From a virus (taxonomy: Duplodnaviria; Caudoviricetes), in IMG/VR virus record IMGVR_UViG_3300030329_005429, positions 1-53,976 of that record: a DNA stretch of 53,976 nucleotides, one strand, 5' to 3'. The notes under the pieces are model-generated. The model was not told where the DNA came from. It saw nothing but the letters and a program-made list of their open reading frames with translations, and did not search any database. Position numbers and translations under genes: made by a program. Within the stretch, counting starts at the first letter, position 1. The number at the start of each line of letters is the position of its first letter. Shown here one piece after another: positions 36,920-47,940 of this stretch.

Positions 36920-36931
36920 TTAATCTCCTTG

Positions 36932-37282
36932 TTAAATAGGCGTTGTTCCATCAAGATACTTTCCAACAGCTGCTGATGCGGAAGTTCCTCCTGCAGCAGT
37001 GCTTGTATTTACTGGGAATAATTGCCTGTTTACATTGTTGGTTAAATGAGCTATTATATTAGCTCTTATAGTAGCTACATTATCACTAGTTTCTGTGTTA
37101 AAATCATTCCATTTATAAATAACTCCCAATTCATCTTGGACTTCTACTTTCCAATATGCAAAATCAGATATATCATTATCATTTATTCTTTCGAATTTTA
37201 ATACCTTACATCTATTAGCTTCTCCAGAAGTAAATTTTTTTAAAGATATTGAATCAGGAGCTGTTACTATATATTTACCCAT
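36932..37282 (-). CDS. Small fibre-associated protein, paralog of 40508-40891
   Basis: Shared PD...KF..EAN...YW....D..G..Y.W.D...IR....HL..NV. Confidence 0.7.
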   Translation of the reverse strand: MGKYIVTAPDSISLKKFTSGEANRCKVLKFERINDNDISDFAYWKVEVQDELGVIYKWNDFNTETSDNVATIRANIIAHLTNNVNRQLFPVNTSTAAGGTSASAAVGKYLDGTTPI

Positions 37283-38531
37283 TATCTTGCCAATCTATAT
37301 CAGTAAATGACAATGTTGTTGCATAATTAAATATTTCGTTACTATACATTACATAGTAATCTTCTGCAAAGCCATGTTCATTTTCAATATTTACAGTTCT
37401 AATAGTAAAATCATCCGCCATATTACCAGGCATCCCATCTGCTATCATATAGTTTATTTCTTTATTTGAATTATTCCAACTCGATTTAGGATATGCTAAT
37501 AAAGGCCATGAATAAGTAGGCATATCAATTACTAAAGGTGATTCTTCCATCCAAAAGTCATAGTGACCCATAATATCTCTAAATGTTTTATAATAAGCCA
37601 TTTCATGAGTATTTTGTCTATTAGCTTGGCAAGTATTTGTTATAGCCCATTGAATATCATCATCATTCGTTGGAAATGACTCCCCATTATCATTATATCT
37701 TAAATAACCATAATATACATTATTACGCCAACAAATACTTGGTAGAAAGCCATACCACGCCATTTGATGGTGTATTATTTCAACTTGAGTTCCTTGACCA
37801 TCGTCTTCTGTACAAACATATCCAGCACCAACTACATCTCCATCATTATCCATCTGACCTGCATTAATATGAAAAATAGCATTACTACCATTAGTTCCAG
37901 AGTGTTTAGTTGATTTTACATAATATTTAAATTCTAAATCTCTTCCATTATAATCATTGGTAGAACTTGGAGAAGCTAACTCTATATTTTCAGGGTCAAT
38001 ATCAGCTGTTATAGTTTCAGTATTTTGATTTTGATTTGGACCTAATATCCAAGTTCGACCATGTTGGGTTTTATTACCCGTTATATAATCTGTGTAATAA
38101 TGGTCTCTAAATTGACCATATGGAGTTCCAACATCAATACCACCAGTATCCATGTCTGTATAATAGAATTTCGCCTTTACGCCAGTGAGACCTCCATCTC
38201 CAATTAATCGCATCTGATTATGGTCTATTCTATTTGCACCAACATAATAACCATCAAAGTGCATCTGAGGTGCACCAGTAGGAAAGTAATTTACAACTTC
38301 TTGCCATACTAGGTCAGAATGAGATAACATATGAACTCTACCTGCATCTATTCTTTGATAAATAGAGGGATATAAAGAATCGTCATCAGTTGTTACTATA
38401 TATACATCCCCAATTTGAGGCATTAAAGTTGTATAATTATTTTCATCAGGAATATCAGTCCCTCTTTTTACATCGCTTAGAGAGTCTAAATTAAAGTCTC
38501 CTTCGGTAAGGAGTTTTTTCCAACCTGGCAT
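37275..38531 (-). CDS. Tail fibre/spike-associated protein
   Basis: Shares LMPxIGDxY and NxHGxxExY motifs with 40891-42783. Confidence 0.6.
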   Translation of the reverse strand: MPGWKKLLTEGDFNLDSLSDVKRGTDIPDENNYTTLMPQIGDVYIVTTDDDSLYPSIYQRIDAGRVHMLSHSDLVWQEVVNYFPTGAPQMHFDGYYVGANRIDHNQMRLIGDGGLTGVKAKFYYTDMDTGGIDVGTPYGQFRDHYYTDYITGNKTQHGRTWILGPNQNQNTETITADIDPENIELASPSSTNDYNGRDLEFKYYVKSTKHSGTNGSNAIFHINAGQMDNDGDVVGAGYVCTEDDGQGTQVEIIHHQMAWYGFLPSICWRNNVYYGYLRYNDNGESFPTNDDDIQWAITNTCQANRQNTHEMAYYKTFRDIMGHYDFWMEESPLVIDMPTYSWPLLAYPKSSWNNSNKEINYMIADGMPGNMADDFTIRTVNIENEHGFAEDYYVMYSNEIFNYATTLSFTDIDWQDNG

Positions 38532-38764
38532 TATTCTACCTCTTCAGTTGAATTAGATAGCCTTTCGTGTATCGCTCTTAACTTCGCTAGAGTAGAATGA
38601 GCCTGAGCTATATCTGACCCTATAATGTGAGTTTGAGATAAATACCTTATAATGAAATCTGTATCCCTTATATTTAGTCCTATTTTATCATATACAACCC
38701 TCTTTTGGGGATTCTTAGGATTATTAGGGCCCATTCTAGATGAGCCCTTTGTAATCAAAGCCAT
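38531..38764 (-). CDS. Small hypothetical protein (possible fibre chaperone)
   Basis: 77 aa following a fibre gene; TAATG coupled. Confidence 0.6.
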   Translation of the reverse strand: MALITKGSSRMGPNNPKNPQKRVVYDKIGLNIRDTDFIIRYLSQTHIIGSDIAQAHSTLAKLRAIHERLSNSTEEVE

Positions 38765-38779
38765 TTATTTCCCCTTATA

Positions 38780-39811
38780 TTACACTCCTGAATAGAAGTA
38801 CATATCTCCATCATTAGAGTTATAAGCAAAACCACCAGCTACATTATCAGCGCCAGATATAGCTCCTGGTGCAGCTTGAACTTGAATACCAGCTATCCCA
38901 ATAGGAGTCACATCATTTCTACTATACATAACCCATTCAAATGGAGATACAGCAGTATCATTCATCCAAAAAATACCTGCTTTTTTAGTAGTAGCTGCAG
39001 CATTGTCCACTGTAATACCTGTTAGATTCGCACCAGAATTATTTAAGCTTCCTTTTCCTAGAATAATCTCTTTATCTTCTACTTCTAATTCAGTAGTACT
39101 TATTGTAGTAGTGTCACCACTTACAGTTAAATTACCTGTTACAGTTAAATCACCACCTACAGATGTTGTTGACTCTGCATTACCTAAAGTAACACCATTT
39201 GCATTGCCTGTATTAAGAAGGATAGCTCCACCTGAATTAGAAAAACTCATTTGCGAACTTGCATTACAAGCCATAGTTGTACCATCAAATGCTATGGAAG
39301 TATCAACATCAAGAATATCAACATTTGTAGTACCACCTACATCTAAATTATCAGCGATAGTAACATTACCATCAGCAATATCAAGCGCAGTTTGAGCTGA
39401 TGTACCAGTGATTGTAAGCTTTTCTTCGCTTGAATCCCATACCATAGCATCACCAGCTGTGGCACTATGAAATGTCACATCTAATCCAGAACCATCCGTC
39501 CCTACAATTAAACCACCTGAAGCTATACTCAATCCAGTACCTGTAGTATAGCTTAAATTAGCTCCTTCATTCGTAAATGTAGAATCGTCATTTTTAAAAG
39601 TTATAACTCCATTATCAGTCAATGCTGAAACATCTCTAGCACTACCACCTGAATTGTCAGTTACGAATTGCCTAGTAGCTGCATCAGTACCAGTTGTTGG
39701 CGCTCCTAAATTTGTTATTTTTTGACTCCCCATAGAAAAAGCACTTGTTGGCGTTGCCAAATCTGATATAGTATTTTCACTATGGATTATCTTTCTCCAT
39801 CCTGCTGCCAT
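38780..39811 (-). CDS. Tail fibre protein
   Basis: KITNLGAPTTGTDAATRQFV and GDLTVTGNLTVSGDTTTISTTELEVEDKEIILG fibre motifs. Confidence 0.8.
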   Translation of the reverse strand: MAAGWRKIIHSENTISDLATPTSAFSMGSQKITNLGAPTTGTDAATRQFVTDNSGGSARDVSALTDNGVITFKNDDSTFTNEGANLSYTTGTGLSIASGGLIVGTDGSGLDVTFHSATAGDAMVWDSSEEKLTITGTSAQTALDIADGNVTIADNLDVGGTTNVDILDVDTSIAFDGTTMACNASSQMSFSNSGGAILLNTGNANGVTLGNAESTTSVGGDLTVTGNLTVSGDTTTISTTELEVEDKEIILGKGSLNNSGANLTGITVDNAAATTKKAGIFWMNDTAVSPFEWVMYSRNDVTPIGIAGIQVQAAPGAISGADNVAGGFAYNSNDGDMYFYSGV

Positions 39812-39826
39812 ATTTATCTCCTTTTA

Positions 39827-40492
39827 TTAAACATCTATTCCTAAATAAAAATCTGTTCCATCAAAATATAAACCACCCAATTTTGCTGATGGTTCTGATG
39901 CCAAAGCTGGTAAGGTTAGGACTCCATCACTAGCTGAGATACTAAAAACCTCATCAGAACCGTTGTATAATTTAAAAACATTACCACTATTTTCAAACTT
40001 AAAAGAAAAATCATTATTAGTCCCAAATGTTAAACTTGTATCATCAGGATAATTTTTAGTTTGAGTATAAGATGCAATTGTTTGCGCTAATATATGTTTT
40101 GTTTTACTTTGGTCTCCTGTTGCGCCTATATCAACCAAAAAAGCATCGCCATCAGATAATGCTTCTGCTGGTGGAGGTGCTGCCCTATATCCTGCTGCAC
40201 TAGTTGATTGATATGATGTGTTTATAACAAAGAAATTACTAGAAACACTATCTATAGTTTGATTCCCAGTATAATAATCGTTATTACCTGAAAATTCAAC
40301 CATCTTAATTACATCTCCTGCTTCAAATCTATGGTCGGTAAGATTTACTTTTGTTTTCGAGCCGCCACTATCAGATTCAAATGAATCTATTTCATGTGAA
40401 GAAGGGATGCTTATATCCCTTCCTTTTACAAGTTGCCATCCAGTGTCACCTCCTCCACCTAATGGTTCTAAAAGTCCTGGATATGCAGGCAT
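39827..40492 (-). CDS. Tail fibre-related protein; N-terminus paralogous to 34100-36919
   Basis: MPAYPGLLEPLGGG...LVKGRDI vs MPSIAGKLIQAGGG..LADARDI; C-terminal GGLYFDGTDFYLG. Confidence 0.65.
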   Translation of the reverse strand: MPAYPGLLEPLGGGGDTGWQLVKGRDISIPSSHEIDSFESDSGGSKTKVNLTDHRFEAGDVIKMVEFSGNNDYYTGNQTIDSVSSNFFVINTSYQSTSAAGYRAAPPPAEALSDGDAFLVDIGATGDQSKTKHILAQTIASYTQTKNYPDDTSLTFGTNNDFSFKFENSGNVFKLYNGSDEVFSISASDGVLTLPALASEPSAKLGGLYFDGTDFYLGIDV

Positions 40493-40507
40493 ATTATACT
40501 CCTTTCA

Positions 40508-40891
40508 TTATAATGTAGCATTATCTACCATTGTATTTCCGACCCCTTCAGTTGACCCACCTGGAACAACACTATTATTATAATCTTCTGATATTTCATT
40601 TAATTGTGAATAGGGCAATTTATCTACATTTTCTTGCAAATGAGTCATTACAGCACTTCTAATCTGAGTTTTATTAGCTAAAGAAGATAAAGAATGGTCT
40701 TTCCATTCATAGTAATTACCATCTGCATCTCTTATTTGAATAATCCAATATTGAAAAGTTGAAGAGCCATCTATTTTATGCCTATATTTATCAGCCTTTA
40801 CTAATACAGATTGATTTGCTTCTTCAAAGCTAAATTTTGAAAGGCCTGCATCAGGAACTGTAATTATTGATTTATTTATCAGGGCAGTCAT
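40508..40891 (-). CDS. Small fibre-associated protein, paralog of 36932-37282
   Basis: Likely ATG 40891 (TAATG coupling); paralog motifs as above. Confidence 0.7.
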   Translation of the reverse strand: MTALINKSIITVPDAGLSKFSFEEANQSVLVKADKYRHKIDGSSTFQYWIIQIRDADGNYYEWKDHSLSSLANKTQIRSAVMTHLQENVDKLPYSQLNEISEDYNNSVVPGGSTEGVGNTMVDNATL

Positions 40892-42783
40892 TATGAGGTC
40901 CACCAATTTGTTGTATGAGGAGCTTGTGGGTTAGAATACCAAATTTTATATTGCTCTACAGCACCATGTGGATTTGTATAATTCAAAATAGTTACATTAA
41001 AATTACCAACAACATTATCGCCTGGACTATTTCCATTATCAGACCGTATTTCTGTTATATCAGGAGTTGTATGTGTTCCTGTTACTCCAATCGGTATTCC
41101 GAACCATATATACCCTAGATTTGGACAAGTAATAGCTTGTTGAGTCCATTGATTATAAATATTGCTTGTATTTAATGTTTCATTATTCAGGCTTTCATTA
41201 CTTATTATAACATCAGATGGAGGTTGGCTTGAAGCTCCACAAATTCTATAATTTCTAAAATAAATTTTTTTATGAGTAGCATCTGCATCTACGCTCCAAG
41301 ATTGGCCATCTATAGTTTCAAAGCATTCCGTCATAATATCTGATAATTCAGTATAACCATCTCTTAAACTAGGATTAGTATTTGAAGACGCTCCTACAGC
41401 GCTAGATGCATTAGAATGCAAATGATTCGATTCTGAACTTAAATCGATTTCTGCAGTACTATTTGTATTTGTATTAGCATTATAAGTTCTAAATCTAACT
41501 TTAGGAGTTCCAGAGTCAATTGTTCCTGTAACTTCTGAATATTGAACTTTAGCAAAAAGAGATTGAGATTGTCCTATTGCGATTTGTCCTGGGTCGTAAG
41601 AAGCTCCTCCTAGTGTTTGAGTGAAATAGACATGAGTGCATCTAGGGTCTGGGTCTGGGATTGGCTCTGAAGATTTTTGATAATTATTAGTCCTTATCAG
41701 GAAAGACCTATCAGTAGCTGTTCTTATATGAACCTTTGGGTAACTACTAGAGCCATCTCCTGTATCTTGAACATAAATATCACCTATATTAGGCATTAAT
41801 TCATCATTATTAGAATCCCAATATTGACTAACTGAATCTGTACCAAAATTAACTCTAGTGTTTATCTGTAATGTAGCTCCACCACCTGGGTTTGTTATTG
41901 CTGCATTTTCAAAATTAAATTGAGTTACATTAGAATAATCAGTACTATTATTTACATCTTGAACATCAGGAATGGTATCTGTAGAATTAAAAGTAATAGT
42001 CTCGTTATTAGTCGCAAATGACATTCCAGTACCAGCTGAAAATGTTAATGTATCTGCTGCTTCTTGAGCTGTTACTGTTGTCTGTCCTGCTATTTCTATA
42101 TGCTTAAAAGCATCTCCTCCACCAGCTCCACCAATAGCTGCTCCATTAAATTTTAAAGTTCCATTTTCATTATAAATTTTATTTGTAGTAACTCCTGGAG
42201 CATCCTCAGAAGGCAGTATAAGTCCTCCAGAAGCCTGTTCTACTGTAACTACAACATTACTACCTGAAGTACTAAAATCAACATCTCCTGTCACATTTTT
42301 AGTTCTCAATCTATTGATTGGCTCTTCATTTGTAGTACCAACTACTAAAACTCCTTTTCCTGAACCATTTTCACTAGGAGTCGCATCTATTATAACACCA
42401 GAACTACCTAATGCACTACTTGCAATAGCTGCTGTTCCTGGGCTACCAAATTCAATAGATAAAGCATTATCTGTATTTACCCATTCAAAAGTCTCACTAT
42501 CCTTATTATAAGCCATCATAGCATAATTGTCAGGGTTACGAGGCATTGTGACAGCTTTATCCCAACCTTCATCAGTTCTAAACTCTAATTTATGTTTTGT
42601 TGTAGAGTATTTTGAGCTAGAGTCTTGAATAACTCTAATATCACCTTCTTTTCCCTTGCCTTCTATAGATTGGCTTACATCTTGATTAACTGAATTAATT
42701 ATATCATTAATATCATCATAAATAGTTTGAATTGTTCTATTTAAATCACCTGTTCTTGGAGCTCTTTTATTTGATATAGACAT
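40891..42783 (-). CDS. Tail fibre/hub protein
   Basis: After the nozzle gene; N-terminal coiled coil IQTIYDDINDIINSVN; fibre motifs IYNENGTLKFNG and DTLTFSAGTGM. Confidence 0.7.
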   Translation of the reverse strand: MSISNKRAPRTGDLNRTIQTIYDDINDIINSVNQDVSQSIEGKGKEGDIRVIQDSSSKYSTTKHKLEFRTDEGWDKAVTMPRNPDNYAMMAYNKDSETFEWVNTDNALSIEFGSPGTAAIASSALGSSGVIIDATPSENGSGKGVLVVGTTNEEPINRLRTKNVTGDVDFSTSGSNVVVTVEQASGGLILPSEDAPGVTTNKIYNENGTLKFNGAAIGGAGGGDAFKHIEIAGQTTVTAQEAADTLTFSAGTGMSFATNNETITFNSTDTIPDVQDVNNSTDYSNVTQFNFENAAITNPGGGATLQINTRVNFGTDSVSQYWDSNNDELMPNIGDIYVQDTGDGSSSYPKVHIRTATDRSFLIRTNNYQKSSEPIPDPDPRCTHVYFTQTLGGASYDPGQIAIGQSQSLFAKVQYSEVTGTIDSGTPKVRFRTYNANTNTNSTAEIDLSSESNHLHSNASSAVGASSNTNPSLRDGYTELSDIMTECFETIDGQSWSVDADATHKKIYFRNYRICGASSQPPSDVIISNESLNNETLNTSNIYNQWTQQAITCPNLGYIWFGIPIGVTGTHTTPDITEIRSDNGNSPGDNVVGNFNVTILNYTNPHGAVEQYKIWYSNPQAPHTTNWWTS

Positions 42784-45700
42784 TATCTAGGACTCCTATC
42801 TCTATATAAAATTCCAATAGAATGAATAATAGAAGTTACTCCAGAAAATACCATCTGAATCCATTTAGCTTTTCTATTAGAGCCAGTTAAATTATACATA
42901 TTATTATCAGTCTCAGATGTTAAAGATTTTGAAACATCACCCTTTGAGCTTGTTACGGAAGTCATTTCTGTATTAGCAAGACTAGCTCCTGTTAACCTTA
43001 TTTTTTTAAAGAATTTATCTTGAGTATCTCTACCTAATGATAGTTTTTTACTATACCAAGTAAATTGACTCCTTGCGGTTTCATCTTTTCCAATATTTAT
43101 TAGTTTTGATGAGGTAGACAATAAAACTTCATTTTTAGGAGAAACAACAGCAGATAAACCATTGCTAAATGACCATAAATCCCATCTATTTTTAATTAAA
43201 TTATATACATATGCTTTATTGGCAGTCATAAATATCATAAAAGAATTTATTTTTGCATTATAAGTAACAATAGGCTTAAAAGTGTCTTCATCTAATAAAT
43301 CTTGATATCCTATACCAAAATTCCTATCTACAGATATAGGAGCTGAAATTATAGTTGGATATTCAGTTGTTTGTAAGTAAATATTAAACTTATCTGCAAA
43401 ACACATGCCTACATCAGATGCGAATACAGAGTCTTGGCTTAAACAACCTATTCCTTCATAAGTATCTTCTAATATTAAATTAGAATTAATTACATACATA
43501 TTACTTTCGTCCCAAGCATATACTCTGCCTCTAAAAGCTTTCATAGCCACAGGAATAGTTGGAAGTTTTAAATAATTAATAGACCAATCAAATTGACTAA
43601 AATTACCAGGATTTGATTTAAATATGTAAGCTGAAGCATCTGTTATATTTCTTTGACCACAATTACCAACAAAAAGGCATCCATCTAATACTGTTGAAAT
43701 CTTGTAATTTATAGTTGTATTTCTAATAGTTTCACTCATATTATTAATAGCTTCATATGTAGCTCCACTAACACCTTCATCAATTATAGTTTTTTCATAA
43801 ACACTTATACCTGCTGTAACTATACTACTCCAAGTACTATCCAATCTTACTGATTTAACCAGCCTATATAGTTTAGTTGGACTATCAGTTCTATATAGAT
43901 TTATATGTGTTATTCTTGAACTTATATTAGATACTTTTAATTTTAAAGATATATAACTATAATCATCACTTCCATCATCAACACTATAATTAACAGAATC
44001 ATATTCATTTGCATTAAATTTCCAATTACCCATAGTTAGAGGACTCTCTTGAAATCCATCATATAAAAAAGATATTTTATAATAATAATCTTGCTTACAT
44101 TTAAATATAGTTCCAGAGCCTGGGTCGTTAGGAGTAATTAATGATAAGAAAGAATCATTTGTGCCGAATTTATATTTATGAGGAGTCAATGCACGTCCAA
44201 AATGATTTAAAGTAAAATTTTCTGAGCCAGAATTTGTCTCTCCATCTATTGGAGATATATTATTTATAGTGCTTAATTCAGTATTTATATCTATATTTAT
44301 TAAGCCCATGCCACCATCTCTATCAAACATAATTAACCTGGCTGTAGGAGTAGTATTCATATCTACATCAGTGCTTTGATTAGGTAATCCTGAATCATTA
44401 TATTCTTCAAGTAGCATGATTGAATCCTGCATTCTAGGATGTTGATTGTCAACATCTGCATCTCCATTAGATTTTCCATCTCCATCAAAATTTATTTGAA
44501 AAGAAGTATCATTAAAATATCCCATTTCATCATCTCTATTTAAATCAGGGTCAGTATTACTAGCTCCATTAACTTGCCTTATATCTATTGCGAATAATGA
44601 ATTAAAATAAGGAACAACTCCATCACCATCATCATGACCTATATAATTATTAAAGGAATAAAATAATGTAGATTTACCACTATTTACAGTTGTATTTTCA
44701 TTGAGGCCCTGTAAATTAGTCTGCTTTGGCATCTGGGCTCCATTAAAATCCATAGCTTTTAGAGATGATGTTGTATCATCAAACCATCTTATTTGTCTTA
44801 CTCTATTATCAGGACTGGAAGACTGAAGAGATGAAAAATTATGAGAAGTTGTAGTATAATCACTATCTGAACCCAAACTTTTACCTGTTGTCCAATTTTC
44901 TGTATCATAAAAACCTAAAGCCCCATCATTTCCTACAAAGCTAGTAATATACATTACAACTTTATTTTCTAAATTTACCCTGTATTCATCGCTAGGGTTA
45001 CCACCAGAATAAGTATAGTTATTACTATCTACTGTATCTGCTATTAAAGAATGGAATTTATCTCCTTCTACATTAGTAACTGCATCTATTTTATTTATCA
45101 TCCATACACCATCAGAGCCAGATATCATATTACCATTGTAACTACTCCCGATTTTAGCCATACATCCAACTACAGCATTACCTTCCGCATTAGTATCGCA
45201 ATCAATTCCATACTCATCTGTTAAATCTACCAATGAATATTCTAATGGACATATATTAATACTATTATTTCTTACACCTGGTCCACCACCACTTTCAGCA
45301 GCGCTTGCTCTTTCTGTTCGTAATGAGCGGTATTTTGTTCCGCAATTATCACCTGTATAATTTCCAAAAACAGCATTCGTAAACATTCCAACATTTTTAG
45401 CAATAGTATAGACTCCAGTACCATCTGTTCCGCTATTCCCACCATCATCTAAATTATTTGCAGCGAATGATACATATTCATCAGATTGAGCGCTTTCATC
45501 GAATCTTGAACAAAATAAAGTCCCTGTATTAGTTGGACTTTCTACAGCATCTATTTTAAATCTCCAAGAATAAAGATATGATTCCCAATCATACCCATTT
45601 TGCGACTCAAAACCATAAGAATCACTAAGAGTAAGAGTCCCCATGTGTTGAGGAGTTTTATCGTACAATGTCAAAGTATCGGTTCCGCCACTTTCATCTA

Positions 45701-47276
45701 CATCTTGCATGTTTTTAGAAGCATATAGCCATCTATGAGTTCTATAGCTACCTACTGCATTATCATCAACCCAACTAGGATGCTCAGAATTAGCTGCATC
45801 ATCTGCTTTTTCTTCAGACATACTTGTAGTTCTAAACCAATGTGTTTTTTGTGCTTCTTCTGGGAAGGAAGGGGTTATTAGGAACCATAAAATAGACTTT
45901 GTAGAATTTCCAGTCTCTAATATATCTCCAAATTTAGCAAAGCCATTCCATTCGCCTTCATTAGTATCATGAGTCCAATTCATCCCTTTATATGTTTCCC
46001 AATCAAATTTATCTATTGTTTTTAATATAGATAAAGAAGGAGTCAAAGCCCAATCAATTGGGGAGGAAGAATCATTTACTTTTAATTTATATAATTTCCC
46101 TGTATTTATACTTCCATCTTGATAGTCAGAACTTTCGAAAGAATTATAATCAGAATCTAATGGATTACCTGGGCCACTATAAGCCCATATATATGAATTA
46201 GTACCTCCTACAGAAACACATTCACAAATAAGGTCGACATTGAAGGGTAATTTAGCACAAATATAAGCTTTACCTAAATTTGTAGAAGCATTAGTATTAT
46301 AATCTATTCTCCAAATAAAAGGTTGTCCTTTAGTACAAGCATAAATAGCATTGTCTTCTTGTGATATTTTTATCATCTTAGTAAATTGTGCTAAAGGCTG
46401 TGCTTTGTCAGGTGGTTTTAATTCATTGTCACCTAAAAAATATCCCTCATTTGCATCTGAAAATGCTACTGAATCTAAATAACCAGCATATAAAGAACTT
46501 TGATTTTTCCCTCTGCCTATAACTGCACTTCTACCTCTTTTAGCAAAATCAATTTTATCTGTATGTATTTTACTTCCTAATACCTTATCATTAGAACCCT
46601 CAAAGTCACTAATTCTATTTAATCTATTTGAATTACTATCAACATATAGCAAGTCTTTTTGAGTGCCTTTTGAAATAAAAGCCATTGACTTACTGCTTAT
46701 ATTGTGATTTACTCCGTCAGTAGTAACTGATATTGTGAATCCAGAGTCAGCAACTGTAGGAGGTTGTAATACAATTCCTTTTATATCGCAAGTAACCTCT
46801 AGTATAGCGCCATTTCTAGTTACTGTAAAATCCTCTCCGCCATTTATATAATTCATAACAGTCATTGTTGCCAAAGCAACGCTAGAATCACCTAAATTAC
46901 CATCTCCAGAAGCAACTCCAATTCTAACAGCTTCTTCGTTTTCTAGTAAATCAGGAGCTGAACCTGTATGATTAAAATCATAATAAATTTTATAAACTTG
47001 ACTTGGAGTTGATATTGAGAAGTACTTACTATTCAAACTACTTTCAACAGAAGCAACACAAGTAATACTTGTAACCTCTCCTACACTAGTAATATTATCA
47101 TTCCATCCATCAGCTTGCAGATTTTTATCGGCATATCTACCTACAAGCATCCCATCGCCATTGTCAGCAGAGACATCTAATGAGTAGGGAGTAGCATCTT
47201 CAGGTAAATCTGTTTGGTCAGGAGAGGTTATAATGCCAGCATTAAAGCCCTTTATTTCATGTAGCTTTTTAGGCAT
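42783..47276 (-). CDS. Putative tail nozzle/stabilisation (beta-propeller) protein with large insertions
   Basis: 1497 aa; N-terminal FNAGI, YYYKISFLYDGFQES, EGIGC, WYSKKLSLG..KFFKKI, C-terminal GILYR. Confidence 0.7.
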   Translation of the reverse strand: MPKKLHEIKGFNAGIITSPDQTDLPEDATPYSLDVSADNGDGMLVGRYADKNLQADGWNDNITSVGEVTSITCVASVESSLNSKYFSISTPSQVYKIYYDFNHTGSAPDLLENEEAVRIGVASGDGNLGDSSVALATMTVMNYINGGEDFTVTRNGAILEVTCDIKGIVLQPPTVADSGFTISVTTDGVNHNISSKSMAFISKGTQKDLLYVDSNSNRLNRISDFEGSNDKVLGSKIHTDKIDFAKRGRSAVIGRGKNQSSLYAGYLDSVAFSDANEGYFLGDNELKPPDKAQPLAQFTKMIKISQEDNAIYACTKGQPFIWRIDYNTNASTNLGKAYICAKLPFNVDLICECVSVGGTNSYIWAYSGPGNPLDSDYNSFESSDYQDGSINTGKLYKLKVNDSSSPIDWALTPSLSILKTIDKFDWETYKGMNWTHDTNEGEWNGFAKFGDILETGNSTKSILWFLITPSFPEEAQKTHWFRTTSMSEEKADDAANSEHPSWVDDNAVGSYRTHRWLYASKNMQDVDESGGTDTLTLYDKTPQHMGTLTLSDSYGFESQNGYDWESYLYSWRFKIDAVESPTNTGTLFCSRFDESAQSDEYVSFAANNLDDGGNSGTDGTGVYTIAKNVGMFTNAVFGNYTGDNCGTKYRSLRTERASAAESGGGPGVRNNSINICPLEYSLVDLTDEYGIDCDTNAEGNAVVGCMAKIGSSYNGNMISGSDGVWMINKIDAVTNVEGDKFHSLIADTVDSNNYTYSGGNPSDEYRVNLENKVVMYITSFVGNDGALGFYDTENWTTGKSLGSDSDYTTTSHNFSSLQSSSPDNRVRQIRWFDDTTSSLKAMDFNGAQMPKQTNLQGLNENTTVNSGKSTLFYSFNNYIGHDDGDGVVPYFNSLFAIDIRQVNGASNTDPDLNRDDEMGYFNDTSFQINFDGDGKSNGDADVDNQHPRMQDSIMLLEEYNDSGLPNQSTDVDMNTTPTARLIMFDRDGGMGLINIDINTELSTINNISPIDGETNSGSENFTLNHFGRALTPHKYKFGTNDSFLSLITPNDPGSGTIFKCKQDYYYKISFLYDGFQESPLTMGNWKFNANEYDSVNYSVDDGSDDYSYISLKLKVSNISSRITHINLYRTDSPTKLYRLVKSVRLDSTWSSIVTAGISVYEKTIIDEGVSGATYEAINNMSETIRNTTINYKISTVLDGCLFVGNCGQRNITDASAYIFKSNPGNFSQFDWSINYLKLPTIPVAMKAFRGRVYAWDESNMYVINSNLILEDTYEGIGCLSQDSVFASDVGMCFADKFNIYLQTTEYPTIISAPISVDRNFGIGYQDLLDEDTFKPIVTYNAKINSFMIFMTANKAYVYNLIKNRWDLWSFSNGLSAVVSPKNEVLLSTSSKLINIGKDETARSQFTWYSKKLSLGRDTQDKFFKKIRLTGASLANTEMTSVTSSKGDVSKSLTSETDNNMYNLTGSNRKAKWIQMVFSGVTSIIHSIGILYRDRSPR

Positions 47277-47452
47277 TACTTTTCTTTAGTAAGAACTTTC
47301 TCTAATACTTCCATAAAAGCATCAAAAACAGATTCTATACAAGCTTGTTCTTTTTTCTCACTCACTAATGGTATGTTTATCATTCCGTTTAGCTCTGTAC
47401 AGATGCTCTCTTTCTTTTCCTTTAGCATCGATATTATCATCATTCCTACCAT
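47276..47452 (-). CDS. Small hypothetical protein (58 aa, not in ORF track)
   Basis: AAGGAG SD; MVGMMIISMLKEKKESICTELNGMINIPLVSEKKEQ...; TAATG-coupled to the nozzle gene. Confidence 0.7.
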   Translation of the reverse strand: MVGMMIISMLKEKKESICTELNGMINIPLVSEKKEQACIESVFDAFMEVLEKVLTKEK

Positions 47453-47588
47453 CTTTTTTCTCCTTTGTTATATGTTCATGTTTTACCTTACAATATAAAG
47501 GGCATGTATAATCCCCTAAATTTTCGCTATATTCTATGCTATAATGTAACGATACTGCAAATATTATAATAATTAAATCTTCATGCAA
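47358..47588 (-). CDS. Small hydrophobic-leader Cys/His protein
   Basis: LIIIIFAVSL then CPLYCKVKHEH; overlaps the next ORF by 95 nt; start uncertain. Confidence 0.4.
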   Translation of the reverse strand: MHEDLIIIIFAVSLHYSIEYSENLGDYTCPLYCKVKHEHITKEKKDGRNDDNIDAKGKEREHLYRAKRNDKHTISE

Positions 47589-47589
47589 T

Positions 47590-47709
47590 TCATTTTCTAC
47601 TCTCTCTCCACTCTCTCCATTTTATTTTGCATGCTATATACATAATGAATATAGGTATTGACAAAAAAAATCCTTTAAAAATTGATGTAAATAAATGCCC
47701 CCAATCCAT
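47590..47709 (-). CDS. 39-aa single-TM peptide (not in ORF track)
   Basis: ATG abuts upstream stop; MDWGHLFTSIFKGFFLSIPIFIMYIACKIKWREWRESRK. Confidence 0.5.
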   Translation of the reverse strand: MDWGHLFTSIFKGFFLSIPIFIMYIACKIKWREWRESRK

Positions 47710-47940
47710 CTATTTATTTTCCCAATATCTCTTACGAGCCTTTTCTTCAAAGCAATTATCAGTTGAATCTACAGGCAATAAATAATACTCATCATTAACC
47801 TTGTAAAAGTCATCTTCCTCCCAATTACACACATATCCTTCACTACTATAATCCTCTTCAACTCTTGGATATAAACAATTAAAATACTCTCCTACTCCCA
47901 ATCCTGTTATTATAATTATAAAATGTGTAAAAGTTAACAT
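47710..47940 (-). CDS. Small exported/membrane protein
   Basis: Hydrophobic N-terminus, three Cys. Confidence 0.6.
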   Translation of the reverse strand: MLTFTHFIIIITGLGVGEYFNCLYPRVEEDYSSEGYVCNWEEDDFYKVNDEYYLLPVDSTDNCFEEKARKRYWENK

